A DNA stretch of 64,000 bases from assembly GCA_050613775.1 (NCBI GenBank), contig JBODTK010000143.1:248001-312000 (forward strand), written 5' to 3'. The translations under genes were made by a program, and so were the position numbers. Positions within the stretch are counted from its first letter, which is position 1. The number at the start of each line of letters is the position of its first letter. Shown here piece by piece: positions 63,971 to 64,000 of this stretch. The stretch comes from Neocallimastix sp. 'constans'. Taxonomy: Eukaryota. Below the pieces are notes generated by a model, which worked only from the letters and a program-made list of their open reading frames with translations, did not search any database and was not told where the DNA came from.

Positions 63971-64000
63971 TTTTATATATCACACTTACAGTTATATTTA

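Overview
Extremely AT-rich eukaryotic genomic DNA with spliceosomal GT-AG introns and long microsatellites. A secreted protein with tandem CBM10/dockerin-like Cys-Trp modules and the overall composition point to an anaerobic gut fungus (Neocallimastigomycota); this is inference. Genes: a 5' fragment of a secreted CBM10/dockerin-repeat protein running off the left edge, two convergent intronless ankyrin-repeat paralogues with a 39-aa period, a low-complexity 799-aa ORF, a small 7TM GPCR-like protein, an F-box/LRR protein, a multi-exon Mit1/Mi-2(CHD3/4)-like chromatin remodeler, and RPS15. Mobile DNA: a ~4.85-kb defective Mutator-like (MULE) element with 42-bp perfect inverted repeats, a truncated transposase and an internal 2.5-kb structured satellite; a 252-bp Mutator-type MITE with a 9-bp target-site duplication inside a tRNA-like sequence; and a degenerate dispersed repeat present twice in inverted orientation. 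The most unusual items are (i) a tandem array of about 9 duplicated, frame-preserving phase-1 exons, several encoding SUMO-interaction-like motifs, in the N-terminal region of the remodeler, with the most N-terminal chromodomain separated by frameshifts, and (ii) the transposon-borne array of ~32-nt conserved units separated by variable-length (AAAAT)n. All gene models were spliced and translated by eye, with no database searches.
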